From Escherichia phage vB_EcoM_Shinka, in the sequence record MZ502379.1: DNA of 64,000 bases; one strand, 5' to 3'. Both the position numbers and the translations under genes were made by a program. Of this stretch, positions 21,358 to 30,971 are shown piece after piece. The notes beneath the pieces are model-generated. The model was not told the origin of the DNA, searched no databases, and worked only from the letters and a program-made list of their open reading frames with translations. Every line of letters starts with the position of its first letter. Position 1 is the first letter of the stretch.

Positions 21358-23445
21358 TTATCCTTGAACGAACTTGTAAGGCATGTTTGTAATATCTATG
21401 CAAGACGCAATAATTCCAAGAGATGATTCTGCTTTCTGTTTAACATTTGATGAAACAAATGATGCAAAGTCAACTCTGTCTTCTATTTCACCTGTCATTG
21501 CAACTACTTCGCCGGTTTCCATTAAACGGTCACCGTCATAAATTACCGATTCGGTGAGTTCTTCGGTGGTCATAACTTCAGCTTGAATGAGTTTTGTATT
21601 GTTAGATGTTGTTCCGTCATTATTAGAAGCATCAGTTATTTTATTAACTTTGACCATCAATCCGCGCGGTAGAATAACTTCAGCTTCTGTTGCTATTCCG
21701 AGACTTCCTGGATATACAACATTAACTTTATGTGCGCCGTCAATTGCCCATCCTATTTGAACTTTAACGTATTCAGGATTTTCTTTATACGCTCTTATTT
21801 CGTTTGGATTAATAGTTATTCCTTCTTCATTTTTATCAACTGTTAATTCATTGCGAGCTTCTGGTTCTAAAAGACCAATACCAGCATGTGTAATTCCAAA
21901 ACGTCCAAAAATGATAGGAGTTAAAGAAGTAGATACAAAATTTCTGAAATAGAACACTTTATTTTTAACTAGCGCTTCATATATAGGAGCAGTCATACTT
22001 TGAGCACGATAAACTGTAATGCCTTCCGGTATACGGTCACCATTTTCAAAAGCTGAATCTAAATTATTTATAGCAGATTCAATTTCTTTTTCACTCATTG
22101 CATCATATCGTTCTGGATTGTAACGACCTAAAAGAAGATTATTAATGTCTGTATATCCTGAGCCACAATATTCTCTAATGCCGCGCTTTTGTGATGGAGT
22201 ATATTTAGAACCATCACGGGCAATAGTAATATCAATCATTGGACCAGCACCAATTCCAGAAAAACTATAAATCATTCGTTTGAGGAATTTAGTTTTTGCT
22301 GCATTCCAGGCATTTTTAGTTATTTCTCCCCAGACTTCATCTGGCTGCCCTTTACGAGTTTTATTATGTTTATCAAGCCAATTATCTTTATATTCTTCAA
22401 AGAATTTATTAATAGCTGCTGCGTATTTCTCTAAACATTTTATTGAAGTAGTTGGTTCATTTTTTATCGCGTTAAAAATTACATCTTTAATTTTTTCTGA
22501 AACTTCATCAACCTCACTTTTTGAAAAGAATTTATAGTCATAGTGAAGTTCATTCGCAGTTCCTTCGGCAATAATTTTTGCTGCCTTAATTTTAGAAGCT
22601 AATGAATTAATTCCAAGCTTCATTTCTTCTGCTTCGGGAATTAAAGGAGCGGTAGCAGGTTTATTGAAATTAGCTGCGGTAGATTCATACTTATGGAATA
22701 ATTCACTTTCAAATCTAGAAGATTCTAATGATTGACTTTGTGCAATTGCTCTACGGGAAATTTTAACTTTAACGATTACAGCTTGGTCAGAACGTTTATC
22801 ATTTTCTTGCGCAATAGATGCAGCAATTGCCTCATTTTTAGTTACTTGAGCTCCAGTATCTTTATTGATATAAACATCACCGACCTTCGATTCAACTTTA
22901 GTAAAGAGCTCGGTACTAATTTCCGGAACTCCTGGAATGTCTTCTAGTGATACATTTTTGCGATGTATAAGAATATATGCATACTTTTTATCGTAATCCC
23001 AGAGTTCCTTAAGAAGGACGTATCTGCCACCTGAACGACTACGGATAAGTCTATCAGCAATAACTTGAATTTGTCGAGCTTGGCCAGCAGTTTTAGACTT
23101 AAGAATACGAAGCATACAAGCATCAATTTTATATTGACGCATAGTTTGCATTGCAACAGTAAAAACTGAATTGATATAATTAATTGGGCTTGGACCAAGA
23201 CCTTTTAATTTAGCAATTGAACCTTTAGCAGTTAATGTAAAAGGAACAATATGCATCATTTTATCGCCCATTTTTAAATCGCGATTAGTATCACCTCCAG
23301 ATGTATAGGTACATAAACGAAAGCCTGGTTGTTCAATTGCGTCATCAACATGAACTGAAAAAATTTGTGGTATTTTCTTCTTTGGATTTAAGTTTGTAAT
23401 CGGAAGAGTAGTATCTTCGTCAAATAATTCTGTAATAAGTTCCAT
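21358..23445 (-). CDS. alt: Alt-like NAD-protein ADP-ribosyltransferase, paralog 1 (695 aa from second Met)
   Basis: R-S-E motifs (VYRAQ, FVSTSL, EAEV); N-terminal MELITELFDE; late promoter upstream. Confidence 0.8.
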   Translation of the reverse strand: MELITELFDEDTTLPITNLNPKKKIPQIFSVHVDDAIEQPGFRLCTYTSGGDTNRDLKMGDKMMHIVPFTLTAKGSIAKLKGLGPSPINYINSVFTVAMQTMRQYKIDACMLRILKSKTAGQARQIQVIADRLIRSRSGGRYVLLKELWDYDKKYAYILIHRKNVSLEDIPGVPEISTELFTKVESKVGDVYINKDTGAQVTKNEAIAASIAQENDKRSDQAVIVKVKISRRAIAQSQSLESSRFESELFHKYESTAANFNKPATAPLIPEAEEMKLGINSLASKIKAAKIIAEGTANELHYDYKFFSKSEVDEVSEKIKDVIFNAIKNEPTTSIKCLEKYAAAINKFFEEYKDNWLDKHNKTRKGQPDEVWGEITKNAWNAAKTKFLKRMIYSFSGIGAGPMIDITIARDGSKYTPSQKRGIREYCGSGYTDINNLLLGRYNPERYDAMSEKEIESAINNLDSAFENGDRIPEGITVYRAQSMTAPIYEALVKNKVFYFRNFVSTSLTPIIFGRFGITHAGIGLLEPEARNELTVDKNEEGITINPNEIRAYKENPEYVKVQIGWAIDGAHKVNVVYPGSLGIATEAEVILPRGLMVKVNKITDASNNDGTTSNNTKLIQAEVMTTEELTESVIYDGDRLMETGEVVAMTGEIEDRVDFASFVSSNVKQKAESSLGIIASCIDITNMPYKFVQG

Positions 23446-23468
23446 CATAGCCTCTCTAGTGTTTATTC

Positions 23469-23476
23469 TATTTATA
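23469..23476 (-). promoter_or_regulatory. Late promoter (TATAAATA on minus strand) for the alt paralog pair
   Basis: Minus-strand TATAAATA about 21 nt upstream of the alt start; preceded by hairpin aaaggcccgaaggccttt. Confidence 0.5.
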
Positions 23477-23497
23477 AAATTAAAGGCCCGAAGGCCT

Positions 23498-23686
23498 TTA
23501 ATAATCTATTGGTAAGAGAGTACGATATATTTCAAACTTTGGACCTTTTTCATAGGCATCAAATGTTTCTGTAAATTTATTATAAGCATATGCATCTACA
23601 AATTCGAGAATGACTTGTGATACAGAAGTAGAAACATCTCCACCTTCTTTTTGAGCAATGACAATTGTTTCTAAGTAAGCTTTCAT
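23498..23686 (-). CDS. Hypothetical protein
   Basis: 62-aa ORF overlapping ligase stop by 4 nt. Confidence 0.4.
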   Translation of the reverse strand: MKAYLETIVIAQKEGGDVSTSVSQVILEFVDAYAYNKFTETFDAYEKGPKFEIYRTLLPIDY

Positions 23687-25146
23687 AGACCAGTTACCTC
23701 ATGAAAATCACCAAATACATCCTCGAACGTATTAGCTTTAGTTTTATCTTCACGTAAACGAATCGCAATCGGAAGAAATAATTTAACGTAATCAGTGCGA
23801 CCATCAGATTTTAACCAACCGTTGCATTCGCACTCTAGAATTTTTCCAATATAATAATTTTGATTTTCCATAATGCGAGTACGATCAAGTTCATGCGATT
23901 TTACACCGGCTTTATCTTTTAAGCCTGAACCAGCATTTACTTTAATTTTTCCACACTCTGATTCAAGAACGAAACCACCTGCTTTAGTAGGGTCTTTACG
24001 GTGAGGATAAATTCCTACAATTTTTAAATCAACATCAATTACTTCTTTGAATTTATAGAGATTTTTTGAACGAGCATTTTCCCATAATCCATCGATATTT
24101 TTGAGAATAATACCTTCAAGACCTTGGTCAATATACTTTTTGTAAATTACCTTAGCTTCATCTATGTTATTTACTAATTGGTTTTCAATTAAAATTACTT
24201 TATCATAGCCTGATGTCATTTGTTCTAGTTTAGAAAAACGTACATCATATTTTAAACGAAATGCTGGAAGACCATATATTTCTACTAATGGAACATAGTC
24301 CCAGACCTGAAACTTCATGCATTGTGCTTCTTTTTCAGAAATGGTTCCCTTTAAAGATTTATTGGCGATGCCATTAGATGCAGTACGTGATTCAGCTACT
24401 TCGGCGAATTCTTTAGCTTTACTAATTTCAGGATAAGCATCAAAAAGAAAATCTAGGCCTTCTGGTTCCTTTTCAACTTGCTCATGGTATACCAATTCGC
24501 CATCAATTAACACACCTTCTGGATGAATCTGGCGGGCTTCAGCGGTCATTTTGATTAACTCTTCCTTAAGAAGATCTAATCCTAGATATTCATTACCAGC
24601 TCGTGATAAAAGACGGACATCATCTAATTCATCACCTCTAACTTCAGCAAAACACCGAGCTCCATCTGCTTTTAATTGTGCAAAGGCTGGAAATTTGATA
24701 TTCTTACTAATGCCTTTTTCATCATAAGAACTTGCGAGCATTTGAGGTTGTTCAGGAATTAAACCTGGCCAAACTTTGTTTGCAATAGATACTGAAGCAC
24801 CACATTCAAGGTCTCGCATCATCACTCGACGCAAAACTTCAACATCATCTTTTTTACCATCGGTGATGTATCCAGTTAATTCCTCAATCGCCGCATTTCC
24901 AGTCAATTTCCGAGTAGCTAACGTGAATTCAATGAAGTCAAGCATATCGGTAAGAGTCAACATTCCAAAACTCTGGGTAGCAATACCAGGTTTAGGCCAT
25001 TTCTTGATATAATACTGTAACCCACGAGAATAAGTCAGACGATATACTCGTTTAAGCAATTCATTATCTTTATTCTTTTCAAGAATTGCTTGCTTCTGCT
25101 TAGTTGAACCAATAGATGCTATTTCGTTCAGAATTTTAAGAATCAT
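23683..25146 (-). CDS. 30: ATP-dependent DNA ligase gp30
   Basis: 487 aa, recognised T4 ligase sequence; adenylation motif LKADGAR. Confidence 0.95.
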   Translation of the reverse strand: MILKILNEIASIGSTKQKQAILEKNKDNELLKRVYRLTYSRGLQYYIKKWPKPGIATQSFGMLTLTDMLDFIEFTLATRKLTGNAAIEELTGYITDGKKDDVEVLRRVMMRDLECGASVSIANKVWPGLIPEQPQMLASSYDEKGISKNIKFPAFAQLKADGARCFAEVRGDELDDVRLLSRAGNEYLGLDLLKEELIKMTAEARQIHPEGVLIDGELVYHEQVEKEPEGLDFLFDAYPEISKAKEFAEVAESRTASNGIANKSLKGTISEKEAQCMKFQVWDYVPLVEIYGLPAFRLKYDVRFSKLEQMTSGYDKVILIENQLVNNIDEAKVIYKKYIDQGLEGIILKNIDGLWENARSKNLYKFKEVIDVDLKIVGIYPHRKDPTKAGGFVLESECGKIKVNAGSGLKDKAGVKSHELDRTRIMENQNYYIGKILECECNGWLKSDGRTDYVKLFLPIAIRLREDKTKANTFEDVFGDFHEVTGL

Positions 25147-25412
25147 TGTTCATCCTTTAGAGTTTGGTTTACAGCTCTATTATAAATCAATTCATCATTA
25201 AGCTCAGTCAAAGACCTGTGGTACGTTGTTCTAACTTTATTTCCTTGCATCCAGTGCTTGACGTAAATGAAACCTTGCTCTACACATTTTTTAAAAATTC
25301 GTTCGTCTTTTTGAGCTCGGAATTCTGGATTGCATCTAAAAAATTGATTTACGTGACCGTAATCACGTGTAGTATTACCTTCATTTTCATAAATAGTGTG
25401 AACGACAAACAT
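25143..25412 (-). CDS. Hypothetical protein (30.1-like by position)
   Basis: 89-aa ORF in track. Confidence 0.5.
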   Translation of the reverse strand: MFVVHTIYENEGNTTRDYGHVNQFFRCNPEFRAQKDERIFKKCVEQGFIYVKHWMQGNKVRTTYHRSLTELNDELIYNRAVNQTLKDEQ

Positions 25413-26248
25413 TAGAATGCTCCTTGGAAAATATTATCACCACTAGTAGGTCTATTATACAAATACTCTATGCCACCAGGTTTAATATAGTTCCATGTCT
25501 GAAACGGATGCGTCTGATATGGATGATATGGATGATATGGATTAAATCCAGGAGTTCTCCAGGTAGTGTTCCAAGGAAAAGAATCGTTTTTAATCATCTT
25601 TTCAATTACATCTTTTATAGCTTTTTCACTATCAAAACTTTCTTTATTTTCCTTCGGTGAAAAAAGCTTATTTTCTACATCATTCCATGTATAAACTCGC
25701 TGAGCAGTTTTTGGAATATTGTCACGCTCTCCTCGAGCCATCCAATAAACAGGAACATTTAATATTTCACTCGCATGATCGCAATGGTGAGCGAGATCGT
25801 CAATATAACAAATCACGTTATATTTCTCTTTTGCCTTTTTAAACAACTCTTCTTTTGAAGAATCATGACCACACATCAGTACTTCTGAGAAGGCACCAGG
25901 AAAAAGAGCGTTTAAATTAAATTGACGATTCAGCAGAGCGTCAATAGAATCACCCAATGCTGTAACAGCTACAAAATTATAATCTTCTTTTAATTTGTTA
26001 ATTACACACAGAGCATCTTTATATGGAGACAAGTAACGAATAAAATCTGAACGATTGTATTTTTCAATTAGCTTGACGCCAAGTTCTTCGTCACAATTAA
26101 AGAGTTTACCTGGAGAAATAAATTTCTCATCCTGGATCATTTTTAAAATATGTTCTAACGGAAGATTATATTTCTGAGCAAAATAAGGAAGACCTGATTG
26201 CCAGCTTAAACATACTCCATCAATATCAGTTAAAATAGTAGGCTTCAT
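25412..26248 (-). CDS. Hypothetical protein with N-terminal HAD-like DxDG motif (30.2-like by position)
   Basis: 278 aa; LTDIDGV near N-terminus; C-terminal HPY repeats from a 9-bp tandem repeat. Confidence 0.5.
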   Translation of the reverse strand: MKPTILTDIDGVCLSWQSGLPYFAQKYNLPLEHILKMIQDEKFISPGKLFNCDEELGVKLIEKYNRSDFIRYLSPYKDALCVINKLKEDYNFVAVTALGDSIDALLNRQFNLNALFPGAFSEVLMCGHDSSKEELFKKAKEKYNVICYIDDLAHHCDHASEILNVPVYWMARGERDNIPKTAQRVYTWNDVENKLFSPKENKESFDSEKAIKDVIEKMIKNDSFPWNTTWRTPGFNPYHPYHPYQTHPFQTWNYIKPGGIEYLYNRPTSGDNIFQGAF

Positions 26249-26709
26249 AGAGAGTCTCTTAATAGGTTTAACACATCAATAAATTCAGCTTCGGTTAGTA
26301 TTGTATCATCTTTTGTTAGACCACTAGCCATGCTGTGCTTCAAAACTTTTCCTTTCGAGGCTTGTAATGCATCACGAAAGCCCTTGTTTTGAATCGCTGC
26401 TTCAAAATATGCATTTGTGTATAATTCTTTCCACGCCGGGGAGTATCTTGAAAATGGAACTCCAAGCCAGAAGAGGGTCCCACGGTCCTGAGCTCTAGCA
26501 TAAGACCTTCCAGCTTGTTGAGCGGCAAGCCCGGATAACCCAAATATACGACGTTGTTGTTCAACGTTTTTCACCTTGCATCCTTGGAGGAATCCTTCAA
26601 GACCTCCAAATTGAATACCATCCATAACGAAAGGCCAATGGGCGAAATTACTTAATGCACATGATGGCCACCTAAAATTACTTCTAATCTCTAACTCAGA
26701 CATTTTCAA
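26245..26709 (-). CDS. NADAR/YbiA-like (DUF1768-like) protein (30.3-like by position)
   Basis: LSNFAHWPFVMDG block and downstream AAQQAGRS match YbiA-family hallmarks from memory. Confidence 0.5.
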   Translation of the reverse strand: MKMSELEIRSNFRWPSCALSNFAHWPFVMDGIQFGGLEGFLQGCKVKNVEQQRRIFGLSGLAAQQAGRSYARAQDRGTLFWLGVPFSRYSPAWKELYTNAYFEAAIQNKGFRDALQASKGKVLKHSMASGLTKDDTILTEAEFIDVLNLLRDSL

Positions 26710-26902
26710 TGCTTATAATTTCAACATCAGCCCAATGACCATAGTTTGGTAGACGAAATTCAACTGGCCAGTCACTGCCTTTTTCTAATATAATAGACTC
26801 AATTTGTGGTTCTTCATGTTCATCGGTATATGGATTTTTATCTGTTACTTTATATGTGACCTTAATGTACTGAATTCCAAAAATCTTATTAATTATATTC
26901 AT
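26696..26902 (-). CDS. Hypothetical protein
   Basis: 68-aa ORF in track. Confidence 0.4.
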   Translation of the reverse strand: MNIINKIFGIQYIKVTYKVTDKNPYTDEHEEPQIESIILEKGSDWPVEFRLPNYGHWADVEIISIENV

Positions 26903-27096
26903 ACTAATTCCTTTAATCCGTAGATAGGAGATAATTCATCACCCATACGAAGGTCTTCATTTCCATCTACCCAGGAAACAATATAAGCCTCTTTTATTTG
27001 AATACCACTCCATTTAAATGGAGGTAAAACCTTAGAAATTAATCCAGGTATACCAACTCCCTTTAATTCAACGGTTTGACCTAAAAAGAATTTCAT
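26899..27096 (-). CDS. Hypothetical protein
   Basis: 65-aa ORF in track. Confidence 0.4.
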   Translation of the reverse strand: MKFFLGQTVELKGVGIPGLISKVLPPFKWSGIQIKEAYIVSWVDGNEDLRMGDELSPIYGLKELV

Positions 27097-27434
27097 TAAA
27101 ACCTCATCTGAAAACCGTGCGATTTAACATTACCGCCGCCAATATCAGAGATATTAATTTCGCGCGCAATTGAAGGGTCAATGTCAATTTCGCGATTGAG
27201 TTTAGTGATAGCTAAAGTATCACGCCCATTTACAGTACGGAACTCTAAAGGACAAACCACATCAACGTAGTTTTTAATAGATTCGCTAGTAGGTTGCAAA
27301 TGAGCAGGAAGGTCTTTGGGCGCCTTTGAGAAAACCACTTCACAGAAATTTTTACGGGTATCAAAATAAGTAGTCATAAACATAACATTTTCCTCAGTAA
27401 GGGGCCAAAGCCCCTCATTTATTTTAAATATCAA
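27096..27434 (-). CDS. Hypothetical protein
   Basis: 112-aa ORF in track. Confidence 0.45.
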   Translation of the reverse strand: MIFKINEGLWPLTEENVMFMTTYFDTRKNFCEVVFSKAPKDLPAHLQPTSESIKNYVDVVCPLEFRTVNGRDTLAITKLNREIDIDPSIAREINISDIGGGNVKSHGFQMRF

Positions 27435-27789
27435 ATTCGTTAAGAACTACATCAAAGATTGCTTCAAGATGCTCAGGTTTAGCTCTGTTACTCAGAATAT
27501 GACGAATCCAAGTTTTAACCAAAAGCTTGCGATTAACGCCATTCCAGCAAGGATGAGTCCCTAAATCGCGTTCACGGAAATCATCATCCAGAGCGATTTT
27601 AAAGTTGGAACCTTCCATCGTGATTGAAACCGTGATACCGTTTTCAAATCGCATATAAACGTAATTAGGAGTCATATACTGCTCAATTTCGCATACTGAT
27701 CCATTTTGATGTTTCCAAAGGCAAATAGTATCAATAGAACCTGCAATACCATTAGAAACATATTTACGTTCAAAGTTGATGTAGTTCAT
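27424..27789 (-). CDS. Hypothetical protein
   Basis: 121-aa ORF in track. Confidence 0.45.
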   Translation of the reverse strand: MNYINFERKYVSNGIAGSIDTICLWKHQNGSVCEIEQYMTPNYVYMRFENGITVSITMEGSNFKIALDDDFRERDLGTHPCWNGVNRKLLVKTWIRHILSNRAKPEHLEAIFDVVLNEFDI

Positions 27790-27857
27790 TTTTATTCTCC
27801 AAGATGTTTAATTGCGGTACAGGTATATAATATCATATCCTGTACCAAAGTAAACAA

Positions 27858-28190
27858 TTATTTTACTACTTTCCAATGCTGCATGTCAAGTTTACCAACT
27901 TTTTTCATCTTCTCAATTAAGCGTTCGGCACGTTGGCGAGCTGTAACATAATACCATTCACCTAATTCATTTTGTTCAATTTTTCCAACGATTACTGTAT
28001 TCAATTCATAAATCCAACCAGTAAAGAAATTATGAACTTGAATTGTAAAGGTGAAATCTGTTCCCATACCTTCTGTTGTTTCTACTTCAATAATATCACC
28101 TTCAACTGCCATTAAGAACCACATAGTTTCATCATATTTACCATTGAAGCATTTAGTTTTAACTGCAGCGTTCAGATTAATCGTTTTCAT
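27858..28190 (-). CDS. Hypothetical protein with early promoter upstream
   Basis: 110-aa ORF; GTTTAC/TAGTAT-like promoter and SD GGAG at 28200-28250. Confidence 0.45.
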   Translation of the reverse strand: MKTINLNAAVKTKCFNGKYDETMWFLMAVEGDIIEVETTEGMGTDFTFTIQVHNFFTGWIYELNTVIVGKIEQNELGEWYYVTARQRAERLIEKMKKVGKLDMQHWKVVK

Positions 28191-28269
28191 TTTATTCTCC
28201 TTTGTTTGTGTAAGATAATACTATCACAAAGGAACCATACTGTAAACAACTTTATGCAATCTTTGGAAA

Positions 28270-28295
28270 ATAAAAAAGGACTCCCGAAGGAGTCC
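28270..28295 (-). terminator. Terminator
   Basis: Hairpin ggactcccgaaggagtcc followed by T-run on minus strand. Confidence 0.5.
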
Positions 28296-28300
28296 TCAAC

Positions 28301-28477
28301 TTATGCTTTCTGCTTACCAAAACGAGAAGCATCATCTCGAAGAACCGCACGTGCTCGGCGCATGATCTTCTCAACAGTTTGATTGATACGAGAGTTCGAC
28401 CCACGCTTGTAGCCAGCGCGTTTAGAATCACCAACTTTCTTTTCAACTGCTTTCTTTGCTTTAGCTTGTTTTGCCAT
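28301..28477 (-). CDS. Small basic protein (58 aa from internal ATG; 30.9-like by position)
   Basis: MAKQAKAKKAVEKK... lysine/arginine rich; track ORF extends to 28519 in same frame. Confidence 0.4.
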   Translation of the reverse strand: MAKQAKAKKAVEKKVGDSKRAGYKRGSNSRINQTVEKIMRRARAVLRDDASRFGKQKA

Positions 28478-28721
28478 TATAAATTCTCTTTTAAATGAAA
28501 ATGCAGGACTTATTGGCATTGCCTGCGCAAGCCCTCAAGGGGAACATAGGTTTTTGGATATTTAACGACCAGGATAACCATAAACCCGTCATCATTCACA
28601 TTCAAGAGGTACACCGTAAAACTGCCGGGGTCTTAAAACTATAATGATTCGCAAATCATTAATCAGACAGTTCGACGGCTCCTCGATTTAGCTCACACTA
28701 AGGCAGTGAATCTCCAATAAA

Positions 28722-28970
28722 TTACTTCAATGTTACCACAAAGTGACGAACTGCTTTTCGCGCAGCAGAAGCCAAAGGCTTAGCATATTTAAGTTCATCT
28801 TTTTCCTGAAGCTCAGCAGCTAATGCAGTTTGAGCAGGATTCAGATGTTTGAAATAACGCAGGATTTCAAGAGCTTCGGCTTCAACATCAATAGATGCGC
28901 CATAGTTTTCGTGACCATTATTCCATGCGTTTCGTTGCAGTTCAAGAGCGTGTTGTAATTGTTTAATCAT
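28722..28970 (-). CDS. Hypothetical 82-aa protein, possibly rIII (size and position only)
   Basis: 82 aa equals T4 rIII length; lies between 30.x block and gene 31. Confidence 0.45.
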   Translation of the reverse strand: MIKQLQHALELQRNAWNNGHENYGASIDVEAEALEILRYFKHLNPAQTALAAELQEKDELKYAKPLASAARKAVRHFVVTLK

Positions 28971-29117
28971 TTAAAAATTCTCGTTAGAGATTAAAACTCG
29001 GTAGTCACGTTCTTCTGAATTTCATCTTCTTTCGACAGATCTCTCAGTTGTAGACTACCACATAGAATTGTTCGGTTAACTTATTATTCCGACACCCAAT
29101 TCATATTATTATTTATA

Positions 29118-29453
29118 TCACTTATAAAGACACGGAATAGCTTTATAGTGACAGGTAACGAATTTTTGTTTAATTTCTTTTGGCTGCTTAAGACCCAGAG
29201 CTACAAAAGGATGCGGAACATTTCGAATTTGACCAACTGGAAGAGAAGTCAAATCGCCAACTTCGCAGAAACCTTCAGGAACATCAGGACCGACAGAGTG
29301 AACTACACACAGTTCAGGAACTTCACCTTGAACACGTTTACCGATAATAAGTCCTGATTCTGTAACTTCTTCATCACCGGCTTGTGCAGGTTCAGAAACT
29401 AAAATAACATATTCACCGACAGCACGAATTGGTAGCTGTTGTACTTCAGACAT
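29118..29453 (-). CDS. 31: Co-chaperonin gp31 (GroES analogue for capsid folding)
   Basis: 111 aa, recognised T4 gp31 sequence ([26 protein letters not shown]...). Confidence 0.85.
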
Positions 29454-29509
29454 CGTTTTTCCTTTTTGTTAACAGATGAATTAATAATAACAAATAATTC
29501 TTAAAGCAT

Positions 29510-29818
29510 TTATTTACCAATAAATTGAAGCAAATGCTCAACTTTCATACCATTAACGGAAATCAATTTGTCAATAGAAAAACCTCGCCATGCACCAAGC
29601 TCAACATCAAATACCGGAATCATGTCAGTAGATTCTTTCCGAGTAGATTCAGTCAATTTGCCAGTTTGCATGGTTGGCATAAAGTCCGCGTCGCGAGTAC
29701 CTTTCATAACACGAATAGTACCGTCAGACTTTTCAAAAACTACGTTTGAAACACCCATGGACAATTTAGTTTTCAAAATTTCACGAATTGCTACTTTCTG
29801 CTCAGTTGTCAGTTTCAT
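29510..29818 (-). CDS. Hypothetical protein
   Basis: 102-aa ORF in track. Confidence 0.45.
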   Translation of the reverse strand: MKLTTEQKVAIREILKTKLSMGVSNVVFEKSDGTIRVMKGTRDADFMPTMQTGKLTESTRKESTDMIPVFDVELGAWRGFSIDKLISVNGMKVEHLLQFIGK

Positions 29819-30055
29819 TTATTTACCTATTACAGTTTTAATATGAGTTGTTCCACGTTCTTTAAGGGTGGAAAGTAATTTTTGGCATTTTTCTAAATCA
29901 GATTTCCAACTATATGGTCTATCAATACAAACCCATTCTGACTTATAATACTGCTTCCATTTAGAGAAAAAATATTTCTTATACTCTACAGCAAATGAAA
30001 TGTTCTCGTTGGAATAAGAACTAATTGCTGTGAGTTGTACCAAACGAAATTTCAT
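29819..30055 (-). CDS. Hypothetical protein
   Basis: 78-aa ORF in track. Confidence 0.4.
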   Translation of the reverse strand: MKFRLVQLTAISSYSNENISFAVEYKKYFFSKWKQYYKSEWVCIDRPYSWKSDLEKCQKLLSTLKERGTTHIKTVIGK

Positions 30056-30636
30056 TATTCACCACAGAATTCGTTGATATTTTCCCAGTTTAACTTATTC
30101 AAGTTTTTCTTAGGAACATTAAACACTTCAATACCTGCATTTCGCAGAATATCATCCCAGCCAGGTTTATTTTTATCATATGTTTCGCAATAAACCAGCT
30201 TTTTAATACCAGATTGAGCTATCGCTTTTGCACAATCTGGACAAGGAGAAAGTGTTACATACATAGTAGCACCTTCAATAGAAGAGCCATTTCGTGCAGC
30301 AAACAAAATCGCATTTAGTTCAGCATGAATTTCATTTTTAGATGACCATTCCGAGTGAGCACTACGATGTTCTTTCGCCAAGACAAAACGATCAGTTGAA
30401 CCAAATGATACGCATTCAGGCTTATGACCTTGAATGATAGTATGTTTAGGCTTATTCAATAACCAACCTTGCTCAGCAGCATAATCACAACAGTTCACAC
30501 CCCCTGCGGGTGAACCATTATACCCAGTAGAAATAATACGTCCATTCTTTTCAATTACTGCTCCTACCTTCCAGGAGCAACATTTTGATTCTTGTGATAC
30601 TAAATATGCAATTTGAAGTACTGTACTCGCTTTCAT
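30055..30636 (-). CDS. cd: dCMP deaminase
   Basis: 193 aa as in T4; zinc motifs HAE...PCPDC. Confidence 0.9.
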   Translation of the reverse strand: MKASTVLQIAYLVSQESKCCSWKVGAVIEKNGRIISTGYNGSPAGGVNCCDYAAEQGWLLNKPKHTIIQGHKPECVSFGSTDRFVLAKEHRSAHSEWSSKNEIHAELNAILFAARNGSSIEGATMYVTLSPCPDCAKAIAQSGIKKLVYCETYDKNKPGWDDILRNAGIEVFNVPKKNLNKLNWENINEFCGE

Positions 30637-30971
30637 TTCATAATCACCAGATAAGCAGATTTAGCAGTTTCAACACGATAAATTTCGTGACGAAGTTTAG
30701 TTATACTTTTAATAACAGAACTAATTATATTCTGCCCATCTTTAAAGCGGTTTTTCTTATCAATAAAAATTGCGCCAACCATCTTTTTGTGAAGCTCAAC
30801 TGGATACTTCGTCACAATAATAGCATCATACACAGAAGGATGAATACTATTCACTAGAGTGTCATTCATTAAAGTTATTCTAATGAACTGTACTGTTTCA
30901 GAGTCAAGCGCTCTATGATCGCCAGTATCATTTTCAAGACAATTATCAATTATATCAGTTAAATTCATCAT
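30633..30971 (-). CDS. Hypothetical protein (cd.x)
   Basis: 112-aa ORF in track. Confidence 0.4.
   Translation of the reverse strand: MMNLTDIIDNCLENDTGDHRALDSETVQFIRITLMNDTLVNSIHPSVYDAIIVTKYPVELHKKMVGAIFIDKKNRFKDGQNIISSVIKSITKLRHEIYRVETAKSAYLVIMK

Noticed and set aside
28520-28721. Possible tRNA or CRISPR-like element in the non-coding gap
   Set aside because: No cloverleaf-compatible stems or T-loop consensus, and no repeat-spacer periodicity; the only repeats in the window are the 127-bp duplication, the 54-bp promoter repeat and short codon repeats.
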